A stretch of DNA of 64,000 nt from positions 2,773 through 66,772 of the forward strand of contig JAFRAK010000039.1 in NCBI GenBank assembly GCA_017405445.1, read 5' to 3'. Below are positions 19,930-29,319 of this stretch, piece after piece (positions within the stretch are counted from its first letter, which is position 1; the number at the start of each line of letters is the position of its first letter). The stretch is from Bacilli bacterium (GTDB taxonomy: Bacteria; Bacillota_I; Bacilli_A; RF39; UBA660). The notes under the pieces were generated by a model. The model did not search any database and was not told the origin of the DNA. It was given only the letters and a program-made list of their open reading frames with translations. The translations under genes and the position numbers were made by a program.

Positions 19930-21198
19930 ATGTTAGAAAAAACAGATTATGAAACAGTTAGTTATGAAGCACTAATAAAACAAGAAGACTATAGACAAAG
20001 TAACAATATTGAATTGATCGCATCAGAAAACTTCCCAAGTAGAAGAGTTTTAGATGCAGCAGGAAGTATATTAACTAATAAATATGCAGAAGGCTATCCT
20101 GGAAAAAGATATTATGGAGGATGTCAATTTATAGATATGATAGAACAAAAAGCTATAGATGATGCTTGTAAATTATTTAATTGTAAATTTGCAAATGTTC
20201 AACCCCATTGCGGTTCATCTGCAAATCAAGCTGTTTATAGAGCATTACTAGAAAAAGGTGATACAGTTTTAGGTATGGATTTAGGAGCTGGAGGACATTT
20301 AACTCATGGACATAAAATGAGTTTTTCAGGTCAAGACTATAATATCATTTCTTATGGATTAGATGATAATGGTATTATAGATTATGAAGATATTGAGAAT
20401 AAATTATACAAATACAACCCAAAAATGATATTAGTTGGAGCAAGTTCATATTCAAGAATTATAGACTATGAAAGAGTAGCTAGAATAATAGAAGATTATT
20501 ATAACAAAACTGGAAGTAAACCATATTATATGGTAGATATGGCACATGTTGCTGGTTTAGTAGCTGCAGGAGTACATCCATCTCCATTAGGCTGGGCAGA
20601 TGTAGTTACTAGTACAACTCATAAAACATTAAGAGGACCTAGAGGTGGTTTAATTTTATGGAATAATGAAGATTTAACTAAAAAGATAAATTCTGCAGTA
20701 TTTCCTGGAATTCAAGGTGGACCATTAGAACATATTATAGCTGCTAAAGGAATTTGCTTTGAAGAAGCTAGTACAGCATTATTCAAAATATATGCTCAAA
20801 ATGTAGTAGACAATTCAAAAGCTTTTGCTCAAAAATTTATAGACAATAATTGGAAAGTAATTTCTAATGGAACAGATAATCACATGTTTGTGTTAGATGT
20901 ATATCATTCTATAGGATTAACTGGTAAAGAGGTAGAAACAGAGTTAGATAAAATTAACATAACATTAAATAAGAATCAAATACCTAATGATGAATTACCA
21001 CCTCTAAAATCTTCAGGAGTTAGAATAGGTACAGCAGCAATGACTACTAAAGGATTTAATAAAAAGGACTTTGAGGATTTAGCTGATTTAATGATTTTAT
21101 TCTTAAATGAAGTTAAATCTGGTAAAACTATAGATTACGACAAATACAAAACTATAATATACAATAGATTTATAAGAAAAGATTTTAAGGAGGATTAA
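19930..21198 (+). CDS. glyA: serine hydroxymethyltransferase
   Basis: TNKYAEGYPGKRYYGGC, GGHLTHG and the PLP-lysine motif SSTTHKTLRGPRGG. 422 aa. Confidence 0.9.
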   Translation: MLEKTDYETVSYEALIKQEDYRQSNNIELIASENFPSRRVLDAAGSILTNKYAEGYPGKRYYGGCQFIDMIEQKAIDDACKLFNCKFANVQPHCGSSANQAVYRALLEKGDTVLGMDLGAGGHLTHGHKMSFSGQDYNIISYGLDDNGIIDYEDIENKLYKYNPKMILVGASSYSRIIDYERVARIIEDYYNKTGSKPYYMVDMAHVAGLVAAGVHPSPLGWADVVTSTTHKTLRGPRGGLILWNNEDLTKKINSAVFPGIQGGPLEHIIAAKGICFEEASTALFKIYAQNVVDNSKAFAQKFIDNNWKVISNGTDNHMFVLDVYHSIGLTGKEVETELDKINITLNKNQIPNDELPPLKSSGVRIGTAAMTTKGFNKKDFEDLADLMILFLNEVKSGKTIDYDKYKTIIYNRFIRKDFKED

Positions 21199-21200
21199 CA

Positions 21201-21461
21201 ATGGATTTTGGAGATGCAATAAAAGCTTTAAACGAAGGTTATAAAGTAAAAAGAGAAGGTTGGAATGGTAAAAATCAATATATAGAATTAGCAACTGGTA
21301 TAAGTTATATAAATACAAAAGGAGAAGTTGTAAATGCAGAGCATGATACCATAGGTAATGCAGCTATTGCATTTGTAGGAACTTCTGGAGTTCAATTAGG
21401 ATGGTTAGCTAGTCAAGCAGATATGCTTTCTAATGATTGGGTAATAGTAGAGGAGGATTAA
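21201..21461 (+). CDS. DUF2829-family small protein (Tad2-like anti-Thoeris sponge family)
   Basis: N-terminus MDFGDAIKALNEGYKVKREGWNGKNQYIEL matches the DUF2829 pattern (FGeAl.alk.Gkkv.R.gWng). 86 aa. Confidence 0.55.
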   Translation: MDFGDAIKALNEGYKVKREGWNGKNQYIELATGISYINTKGEVVNAEHDTIGNAAIAFVGTSGVQLGWLASQADMLSNDWVIVEED

Positions 21462-21462
21462 A

Positions 21463-22161
21463 GTGAATAGAAATGAGTTAAGAAGATTAGAGAAAGCTGC
21501 AAGAGAGAAAGACAAAAAACATTTAGCTGAATGGGCAAAAAATTATGAAAATCAAATAAGTTTTCTTTTAAGAAAAGAATATGAAGCTAGATATCAAGAT
21601 GAATTAGCTAATTCTATAGATAACTTTATGATAGCAGTAGCATATACAGCTAAATATTGTGAATCTACTCTTCTTAATTCAGAGACACTTCCAGATTTTA
21701 TGGAAGACTTATTTGTAACTTTAGATTTATATAGAACTGGAGAATACAAACCAGAAGAATATTTAGAAGAACTGAAAAAAGACGGAGTATCTTTCGATAA
21801 AATAAAATATAGACCTAGAGGACATAAAGTTATAACTCTTTGCGGTAGTACTAAGTTTAAAGATGACTTTATTAGAAAACAACAAGAATTAACATTAGAA
21901 GGTTGGATAGTTTTATCTGTAGGAGTATTTGTTCATAATACTGATATTGAAATTACAGAAAAACAGAAAATAGAATTAGATAAAATACATAAGGACAAAA
22001 TTAGAATATCAGATGCTATATATGTTATAAATAAAGATAATTATATAGGAGAATCAACTAAGTCTGAGATAGAATTTGCTAAAGAACATAATAAAACTAT
22101 ATTCTATATGGAGGAAGAAGAAAAATATAAAAATTTATTGGAGGAATATAATAATGAATAA
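21463..22161 (+). CDS. hypothetical protein; C-terminal half resembles nucleoside 2-deoxyribosyltransferase-like (DUF4406-type) fold
   Basis: GTG after GAGGAGG. ...VITLCGSTKFKDDF...ISDAIYVINKDNYIGESTKSEIEFAKEHNK. Assignment is by motif memory only. Confidence 0.3.
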   Translation: MNRNELRRLEKAAREKDKKHLAEWAKNYENQISFLLRKEYEARYQDELANSIDNFMIAVAYTAKYCESTLLNSETLPDFMEDLFVTLDLYRTGEYKPEEYLEELKKDGVSFDKIKYRPRGHKVITLCGSTKFKDDFIRKQQELTLEGWIVLSVGVFVHNTDIEITEKQKIELDKIHKDKIRISDAIYVINKDNYIGESTKSEIEFAKEHNKTIFYMEEEEKYKNLLEEYNNE

Positions 22162-22687
22162 GAGAATAGATAAAACAAATTACTATTTAAATATTGCAGA
22201 AACAGTTACTGAACGTTCAACATGTTTAAAGAGAAAATATGGAGCTATAATAGTTAAAAATGATGCTATTATATCTACTGGTTTTAATGGAGCTAGTAGA
22301 GGAGTAGAAAGCTGTTTAGAGTGTGGTTACTGTTTAAGAGAAAAAGCTGAAAGAGGCACTGATTATAGTAATTGTTTATCTGTTCATGCAGAACAAAATT
22401 GTATAATTCATGCAAGTAGAGAACAGATGATAGATTCAGATTTATATTTAGTAGGTTTAGAAGAACAGTTTATTTCTAAAAGAGCAGAGAACGTTCCATT
22501 TTCTCCATATATTTCACAACAAATTAAAAAATATGTAGATAACCCAGAACCATGTGCATTATGTAAAAGAATGATTATAAACTCTGGAATAAAAAGAGTA
22601 ATTGTAAGATTAGATAAGTATGAATATAAAACATTTAACGTAAATGAATGGGTAGAAAATAAGAAAAAACTTACAGGAGGTTATTAG
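22154..22687 (+). CDS. dCMP deaminase (CDA zinc-binding family)
   Basis: Start set to ATG 22154. HAEQNCI and PCALCKRMI zinc-ligand motifs. Confidence 0.85.
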   Translation: MNKRIDKTNYYLNIAETVTERSTCLKRKYGAIIVKNDAIISTGFNGASRGVESCLECGYCLREKAERGTDYSNCLSVHAEQNCIIHASREQMIDSDLYLVGLEEQFISKRAENVPFSPYISQQIKKYVDNPEPCALCKRMIINSGIKRVIVRLDKYEYKTFNVNEWVENKKKLTGGY

Positions 22688-22688
22688 A

Positions 22689-23003
22689 ATGGCGAAAGTT
22701 ACTTTTGAGTTTGATGATATAGAAGATAGAGATGAGGTTAATTTAGTAGTTAATAGACATAAACTAGCTTCTGCACTATATGATTTAATAAATTTTAGAA
22801 GTGCAGTATATAATAGAAAAATATATGACGACTCTATTATAGTAGTTAAAGATGGTAAAGTTTTAACTGAGGAAGATTATGATAAGTATAGAGAATCTGG
22901 GGACTATCCAGTATCTAATACTCAAGATTATATGAATATAGATGAATTAGAAGTAAAACTAGGTAATATAGTAGATCAGATATCAGGACTTATAGAATTT
23001 TAG
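22689..23003 (+). CDS. hypothetical protein
   Basis: SD AGGAGG. 104 aa. Confidence 0.5.
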   Translation: MAKVTFEFDDIEDRDEVNLVVNRHKLASALYDLINFRSAVYNRKIYDDSIIVVKDGKVLTEEDYDKYRESGDYPVSNTQDYMNIDELEVKLGNIVDQISGLIEF

Positions 23004-23011
23004 AAATCTTA

Positions 23012-23040
23012 TTTACAATCTTAAAAAGATATTATATAAT
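23012..23040 (+). promoter_or_regulatory. sigma70-type promoter
   Basis: TTTACA (23012-17), 17-nt spacer, TATAAT (23035-40), about 30 nt before ATG 23073. Confidence 0.5.
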
Positions 23041-23072
23041 ATAAACATAGTATAAATATAGGAGGTAATAAG

Positions 23073-23267
23073 ATGAACGCAAAAGATTTTTCAGAAGCTG
23101 AGATAATACAACATCTTAAAGATGGAGGTTCATTATCTTGTAGTATAAGATTGGCTTCAGGTAATGATTTTACAATTTCAATAAACTCGTTAGAAGATTA
23201 TGAAGTTATAAAAGAAGATATAATACCTGAATATGAAATGGTACTATTTATAGAAGAGAGGAAATAG
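23073..23267 (+). CDS. hypothetical protein
   Basis: SD TAGGAGG. 64 aa. Followed by a GAGAGGAA...TTCCTCTC hairpin. Confidence 0.5.
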   Translation: MNAKDFSEAEIIQHLKDGGSLSCSIRLASGNDFTISINSLEDYEVIKEDIIPEYEMVLFIEERK

Positions 23268-23306
23268 TTTATTCCTCTCTTATCTACTATTATAGGAGGT
23301 GCTATT

Positions 23307-23557
23307 ATGATAATTGCATCGGCTATATTTAAAGAGAAAGTGATTTATATTGGAAAAAGACATAATAATATTATAAATTCTCATGAAAAAGGTTTCTTTA
23401 ATAAAATAGCATTCAAGGTTTTCTTACAGATGATGGAGACTTCTTGAATAGAGTTCAAGCTTTAGAATATGCATATAGATATAAGCAAATTTCTAAAGAG
23501 CTCTATAAAGAACGAATTAAATATAGTAAAGAGCTTTTTTCAGAAGATTTATGGTGA
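23307..23557 (+). pseudogene. small conserved-looking gene broken by a -1 frame change (not at a CGG)
   Basis: SD GGAGG then ATG 23307: MIIASAIFKEKVIYIGKRHNNIINSHEKGFFNK... It continues in the -1 frame as ..SIQGFLTDDGDFLNRVQALEYAYRYKQ...W* to 23557. Confidence 0.35.
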
Positions 23558-23691
23558 TTTGTTATTTAGAATTTAAATATATTAAAAATAATAAAGATAA
23601 TAATTCATCAAAGTATATAGAAATAAATAAAAATATAGACTTAAGCGAATATAAATTTATGACAAGTTTTTGTACATAGGAGGTAATTTAA

Positions 23692-23787
23692 TTGGAAAAC
23701 TATAATGAAGATTATATAATAGAAAGATATAACCAAAATAAAAGAATACCTGTATTTATAGATTTGAGCAATATAGACATTTTATGA
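23692..23787 (+). CDS. 31-aa ORF duplicating the 5' end of the FEN gene (remnant or split N-terminal piece)
   Basis: AGGAGG then TTG 23692. MENYNEDYIIERYNQNKRIPVFIDLSNIDIL*. About 75 nt nearly identical to 24583-24659. Confidence 0.4.
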   Translation: MENYNEDYIIERYNQNKRIPVFIDLSNIDIL

Positions 23788-23820
23788 TAAGTTATATATT
23801 ACATTAGGAGGTAATATATA

Positions 23821-24558
23821 ATGTATGGTTATATTTATGAAACAACTAATTTAGTAAATGGTAAAAAATATATAGGTCAGCATAAGTCTTCTAAGTTGAA
23901 TAAACAATATTTAGGTAGCGGTGTAATAATAGCTAAAGCAGTAGAGAAGTATGGTAAAGAAAATTTTGATGTGAGAATTATAGAAGAATGCTATAGCAAG
24001 GAAGAACTTAATGAGCAAGAAATTTATTGGATTAAGTTTTATAATGCAGTAAAAGATAAAAATTATTATAATGTAGCTAGAGGTGGATACTTTTGGGGTA
24101 AACCTAGAAAACTTGGCTATAAAGTATCGCAAGAAACAAAAGATAAAATATCTAAAGCTAATTCTGGTAGAATATTTACAGAAGAGCATAGAAGAAAAAT
24201 ATCAGAAAGTAGAAAAGGAAAGGGTTTAGGTATAATACTTCCGGAAGATGTTAGAAAAAGAGTGGGAGAATTGAATAGACAACACTTGTTAGGAAGAACA
24301 TTATCAGAAGAACATAAAAATAAAATATCTATTGGAGAAAAAAACAGATATAAAAATAGTCCCTCTCCATTACTAGGAAGAACACTATCAGAAGAACATA
24401 AAAATAAAATAGGAAATAACACATCTAAGAGTAACACTGGAAGAGTATGGATTACCAATGAAAAAGAAAATAAATTTATGAAAAAAGAAGACGCTTTGAA
24501 CTTTCTATCTAATAATAAAGATTGGAGATTTGGAGCAGTTAGACCAAGAAAGAGGTGA
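23821..24558 (+). mobile_element. GIY-YIG homing endonuclease gene (I-TevI/Seg-like) with NUMOD3-type repeats
   Basis: YGYIYETTNLVNGKKYIGQH...Y.GSG (GIY-YIG module). Three helper repeats: FTEEHRRKISESRKGK and LGRTLSEEHKNKI twice. Confidence 0.85.
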
Positions 24559-24567
24559 TGATTATCT

Positions 24568-25556
24568 ATGAATAATAGTTGTTATAATGAAGATTATATA
24601 ATAGAAAGATATAATCAAAATAAAAGAATACCTGTTTTCGTAGACCTTTAAGCAATATTGCATATAGAAGCGCTTTTGTATTTACGCCAGATAAATTTAA
24701 AACATCTCAAGGTATACCTAACGGACATTTATTTGGTATATGTCAAAACATTAAAACGTTATTAACTTTAAATTATGAAGTTTATTTATGTAGAGATTTA
24801 CAATCTAATTTTAGACAAAATTTAAATGAGAACTATAAAGCAAACAGACATTCAGAAGATGGAGGCATAAGTATACATGACTTATTAGATAGAGCTATAA
24901 ACCCTTTAATAAGTGAACTACAGAATGTACATGTTTTATCTAGAACTAACTATGAAGCAGATGATATAATGTTTTCTGCAGCTAAACATTGTAGTGAGAA
25001 TAACATACATTGTTACATATTATCTACTGATAAGGATTTATGTCAATCTTTAGATGAATTTATAACTATAGCACATAAATTTACACTTAAAGGACCTCAA
25101 GAGATAGTTACTTCAGATTCTGAGTATTATAAAAAGAATTTTGAAGATATAAAACCAGTATGTTTACCATTTTATAGAGCATTTAAAGGAGATGGTTCTG
25201 ATAATCTAGATGCTCCTATAAAGAGATTCCCTAAAGATTTACTTAAAGAGTTATGTCAAGACTATTATGATTTTTGGATGGTTAAAAAAGAAGACAATTT
25301 AGCAGCTTTGTTATTAGAGCATTTAGAGCATAGAATTACTAAAAAATCTCATGAAAAGTGGTTAAATCAAATAGTTAATGACAGAGAGACTTTTACTAAA
25401 CTCTATAATAACTATAGAATTATGAAGCTGTCTAAAATATCATTTAATGTAGAAGATGAAGCGTTAGTAGATAATGCATTTAATATAATAACTGAAGAAT
25501 TTGAACTTTGGGGATTTAGAAAATTTGTTAAAGAATATAACTTAGGAGGAGTATAA
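24568..25556 (+). CDS. 5'-3' exonuclease / flap endonuclease (Pol I 5'-nuclease, T4 RNase H family), frame-disrupted near codon 27
   Basis: ATG 24568 gives MNNSCYNEDYIIERYNQNKRIPVFVDL then TAA. The -1 frame from 24648 continues LSNIAYRSAFVF...NYKANRH...YEADDIMFSAAKH... into track ORF 24969-25556. YKANR and EADD are family motifs. Confidence 0.65.
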
Positions 25557-25557
25557 A

Positions 25558-25887
25558 ATGGTAACAGAAAATAACGAGAATGAATCAGAATTAAATGAGG
25601 AACCAAAGATATATAATTATATATCTGTGATTTTCGAAAACAAATGGTATCCTTTTGATGACCCTAGAATATTAGAAAATGCTGATTTTAGAGTAGAAAT
25701 TTATGGTAATGCTACTAAGTATACTTATAAAACAGATAGATTTTTAAAAGAAGGGGAAGTATTAAAAATTAAAACTAAATCTGGCGTATCTAGAGTTTTA
25801 GTTATAAAACCAAGTTTATCAGTAGAGGAATTAACATTCCCTAAAGATAAAGTAAAAGAATTACCATTATTGGAAGATTGGAGGTAA
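25558..25887 (+). CDS. hypothetical protein
   Basis: SD TAGGAGGAG. 109 aa. Confidence 0.5.
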   Translation: MVTENNENESELNEEPKIYNYISVIFENKWYPFDDPRILENADFRVEIYGNATKYTYKTDRFLKEGEVLKIKTKSGVSRVLVIKPSLSVEELTFPKDKVKELPLLEDWR

Positions 25888-25892
25888 ATTTA

Positions 25893-26084
25893 ATGAAAGT
25901 ATATACAGATAAATGTGAAACTTGTATGCATAAAAATGTTTGTAGATTAAAAGAAGCTTATAGTAAAATAATACAAGATACGAAAGCAAAATACTTTACA
26001 GAAGGTGAAGATTATAATCATTTTTCAACTACAGTAAAATGTGACCAACATTTTGAAGAACAACTAATAAAGAGAGGTTTATAA
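25893..26084 (+). CDS. hypothetical Cys-containing small protein
   Basis: Start set at ATG 25893, which follows GGAGG. CETCMHKNVC motif. Confidence 0.45.
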   Translation: MKVYTDKCETCMHKNVCRLKEAYSKIIQDTKAKYFTEGEDYNHFSTTVKCDQHFEEQLIKRGL

Positions 26085-26085
26085 C

Positions 26086-26373
26086 ATGCAGATAGAAACA
26101 AAATATAATGTGGGAGATAGAGTTTGGATAGTATATGAGCAATCTATTTATACTGACCATTTTCAAGGACCTTCTGGAGAAGTAACTGTATATTCTGATA
26201 CTATAATAGAAATATCTGTAGGAGAAGACAATAAAATAAGATATATGGTAAACTCTGAAGGAGCTGACTTTATAGATGAAGATAACATAATATTATATAA
26301 TGATACTAAAGCTCTTATTAACAGAATACAAGTTTTAGACAATATAATTAGAGAAAGAGAGGAATGTAAATGA
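26086..26373 (+). CDS. hypothetical protein
   Basis: SD-like AGAGAGG. 95 aa. Confidence 0.45.
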   Translation: MQIETKYNVGDRVWIVYEQSIYTDHFQGPSGEVTVYSDTIIEISVGEDNKIRYMVNSEGADFIDEDNIILYNDTKALINRIQVLDNIIREREECK

Positions 26374-27404
26374 AAATAATATTTGTTGGTGATACTCATT
26401 TAACAGCAAACTGTCCAAGTTCTCGTAAAGAGACTAATGAAGAGTATAGAGAACTACAATATAAGAAGCTAAATTACATATACAATGAATTAGCAAATGA
26501 AGATGACATAGTAATAATTACAGGAGACGTATTTCATTCATCAGCTTTATCTATGATGGCTGGAACTCCTAAATTTTATAATGACATTATAGATTTAATG
26601 AATACTAGAAAAACCTATACTATTGTAGGAAATCATGATATGTATTTTAGAAATGAAGATGTTAATAACACTACAATATTAGATAATTTATTAAAAGCTG
26701 GAGTAGAACATTTAGATACTTTACAGATACCTATTAAAGTTTTAACTGGAAGTACTAGTAACAGTAGTACAGTTACTACGATGATTTTAAATATTTATGG
26801 AGTAGACTACAGTAAAGATTTTCCTCAATTATTAAATCCAAGCGGATGTTATAATATTATAGTAGCTCATTCATTTTTTGAAGATAGTTTTTATGGTACT
26901 AAAGGCAATGAGAATTTAACTATAGATGCTATAAATAATCAACTAGGTAAATATGATGCTGTAGTTTTAGGTCATGACCACACTCCTTATAGCATATTAG
27001 AAATAGATAATCCATTAGCTTATAATAGAAGAACTAAAATAATTAGACCAGGTAGTTTAATGAGAGGTACTTCACATACTTGTCAAGTTAATAGAATACC
27101 TCAAGTAGCAGTATTTAACACAGAAGATTTATCTTGGAAATATGAGCAGATACCAGTAGCTCCAGGTCAAGAAGTATTTAAAGAAAAAGTTATTTTAGAG
27201 AAAGAATTAGATGTAAATGTAGAAAGTATATTGAAAAATATGAATAGTTATGATAAGTCTATAGGTATTTATAAGTTTATTAAATCTCAAGAAGCTAGAG
27301 GAAAAGAAGTCTTTGGAGATAGATACTATGACATAGTTAATATTATAAAACAGTATTTGAATACTTATGGCTTTATAGAAGGAGGAAATAATGACAATAA
27401 ATGA
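26370..27404 (+). CDS. SbcD/Mre11-like metallophosphoesterase nuclease
   Basis: IIFVGDTHL, GDVFH, GNHD and GHDH calcineurin-like phosphoesterase motifs. Confidence 0.8.
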   Translation: MKIIFVGDTHLTANCPSSRKETNEEYRELQYKKLNYIYNELANEDDIVIITGDVFHSSALSMMAGTPKFYNDIIDLMNTRKTYTIVGNHDMYFRNEDVNNTTILDNLLKAGVEHLDTLQIPIKVLTGSTSNSSTVTTMILNIYGVDYSKDFPQLLNPSGCYNIIVAHSFFEDSFYGTKGNENLTIDAINNQLGKYDAVVLGHDHTPYSILEIDNPLAYNRRTKIIRPGSLMRGTSHTCQVNRIPQVAVFNTEDLSWKYEQIPVAPGQEVFKEKVILEKELDVNVESILKNMNSYDKSIGIYKFIKSQEARGKEVFGDRYYDIVNIIKQYLNTYGFIEGGNNDNK

Positions 27405-27711
27405 GTTAAGATATCATATAAATAAAAATGGAGCAGTAGACTTTGGAGGTATGGCTTTTAAATTATTAGAGCATGATATAGTAAGAATTAAAACAGATAC
27501 AGACATATATGAAGTAAAATATACTAATTTTGCAGACCCAAATTACAATTTGCATTTGTCTGATAAAGTTCTAGATGTAGAGTTAACTGACTTAAAAATT
27601 AGAAGAGATGAGGAGTTTCCTCATACAATAGTATTAAGCTTAGATATTAGATATAAAGAGAAAAAAGAAGAGATAGATACTGGAATACAAACAGGTGCAA
27701 AATTTATATAG
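27391..27711 (+). CDS. hypothetical protein
   Basis: SD GAAGGAGG. 106 aa. Confidence 0.5.
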   Translation: MTINELRYHINKNGAVDFGGMAFKLLEHDIVRIKTDTDIYEVKYTNFADPNYNLHLSDKVLDVELTDLKIRRDEEFPHTIVLSLDIRYKEKKEEIDTGIQTGAKFI

Positions 27712-27720
27712 GAGGTAACT

Positions 27721-28906
27721 ATGAAAGCGTTAGGAATGTATGTATTTTGTGGAAGTATGTCTATAGGAGTAATGAGAGCTGGATTTGAAGTAGATAGAGT
27801 TTTAGAATTAACTAATGATATGAATGAAAAGAATGCTAAGCATTTTATACACAACTATCCAGAAATACCGATTATAAAGCCAGAACAATGGGATGATACT
27901 ACATATAAGAATTATCTACATCAACAAAAATATGACTTATTATTCGGTAATCCTCCATGTAGTCGGACTTTCTAATATAAATAGAAATGCTTCAGCTAAC
28001 AATGAAGTAAATAAATATATGTACAATTTTATAAATATGGTGAATTACGTAGAACCGAAATCATTTTTAATGGAGAATGCTCCTACTTTAATTAGTAGAG
28101 GTAAAGTTATATTAGATTATTTAGTTTCAACTTTAGGTAGTGAATATTACATAATAATATTAAGAGACTATGCTGGTAATCATGAAGTTCCTATGAAAAG
28201 ACAAAGAACTATGATATTAGGCTTTAAGAAAGAAATATGCTTAGGAATACCTGAATTAAATTATGAAAGTCATAGAGTAACTGTGGGAGATATATTTGCT
28301 AAATTTGACGATAAAATATCAGTTTCAGAAGATGAATTAGTTCCAGAAAGAACTTGTAAAGATTTAGAACAATTTTATGGTCAAGTATCTCCTGGAGAAT
28401 CTATTATGACGGCTTTAGCTAAATATTCTAAAGAGTCATTACAACTTATGGGAGTACCAGAAGATAAAGTTAAAACTATTATTAAGTTAAAAGAAAAGTT
28501 AGAAGCTGGAAAAGGAGCATTTGAAAAGTCTCCTAGTAGATTAAAATTAGATTCTGTAGCTCCTAGTTTAGCATCAGTAATTGAATTTATTCATCCGGCA
28601 TACAATAGACCATTAACAGTTAGAGAATATGCTAGACTTATGGGCTATCCTGAAGAATTTGAATTTGTAAATGATTCTAAAGCACCTTATATTCAATGCA
28701 TAGCCCAAGGAGTTCCAGTAAATTTTGTGAAATGGGCAGCAACTAACATAAAAGAAATATTAGAAGGTAAACATGAATTTAATTTTGAAATTAAAGATTT
28801 AGAACAACAAACAATAGAATTTATAAATGCATGTAATCCTGAAAAAATAATAAGAAGAACTTTCTCAAAAGATAGTTTCAATCAATCTGATAATATATGC
28901 AAATAG
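27721..28906 (+). CDS. DNA (cytosine-5) methyltransferase; needs +1 frame change at CGG 27964-27966
   Basis: Motif I FCGSMSIG. AGT-CGG-A at 27961-27967. Skipping C27964 gives GNPPCS|GLS (motif IV PPC..G.S) and joins track ORFs 27721-27975 and 27893-28906. Later motifs: ENAPTL, QRTMILGF, AQGVPVNF. Confidence 0.8.
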
Positions 28907-28946
28907 CATATTATTATATATTAAATAAAATAAAGGAGGTACCATT

Positions 28947-29231
28947 ATGGGAAAAATGGGAAAAGGTGAATTTATTGATGCAGTAGCAACAAAAGCAAAC
29001 GTATCAAAGAAAGAAGCTTCTAATGTATATGAAGCAATCGTTCAAGTTATTACTGAAGAATTAGTAGCAGGAAATAGAATCTCATTAGTAGGATTCGGAA
29101 ACTTCGAAGTAAAACACAGGGCTGCTAGAAAAGGTGTTAATCCTTCAACTAAAGAAGAGATAGACATCCCAGCAAAAGATGTTCCAAAATTCAGCTTTAG
29201 TTCAAATATCAGAAAAGCAATCTCAGAATAA
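28947..29231 (+). CDS. HU/IHF-family DNA-binding protein (SPO1 TF1-like)
   Basis: ...RISLVGFGNFEVKHRAARKGVNPSTKEEIDIPAKDVPKFSFS... is the canonical HU signature. Confidence 0.9.
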   Translation: MGKMGKGEFIDAVATKANVSKKEASNVYEAIVQVITEELVAGNRISLVGFGNFEVKHRAARKGVNPSTKEEIDIPAKDVPKFSFSSNIRKAISE

Positions 29232-29259
29232 TTCAGTAGAATAATTAAACAAAGTAACA

Positions 29260-29295
29260 TAGTAGTATATAAATAAATTGTATACTACTATTTTT
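29260..29295 (+). terminator. rho-independent terminator
   Basis: TAGTAGTATA ... TATACTACTA 10-bp stem then TTTTT. Confidence 0.65.
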
Positions 29296-29319
29296 ATGTA
29301 GTATAGAAGGGAGAGTTAA

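Noticed and set aside
23776-24651. Group I intron carrying the GIY-YIG ORF inside the FEN gene
   Set aside because: Only about 45 nt lie 5' and about 90 nt lie 3' of the endonuclease ORF. The 3' part is a copy of the exon sequence rather than a ribozyme core, and I could find no P3-P9-like pairings. Splicing should still be excluded by RT-PCR.
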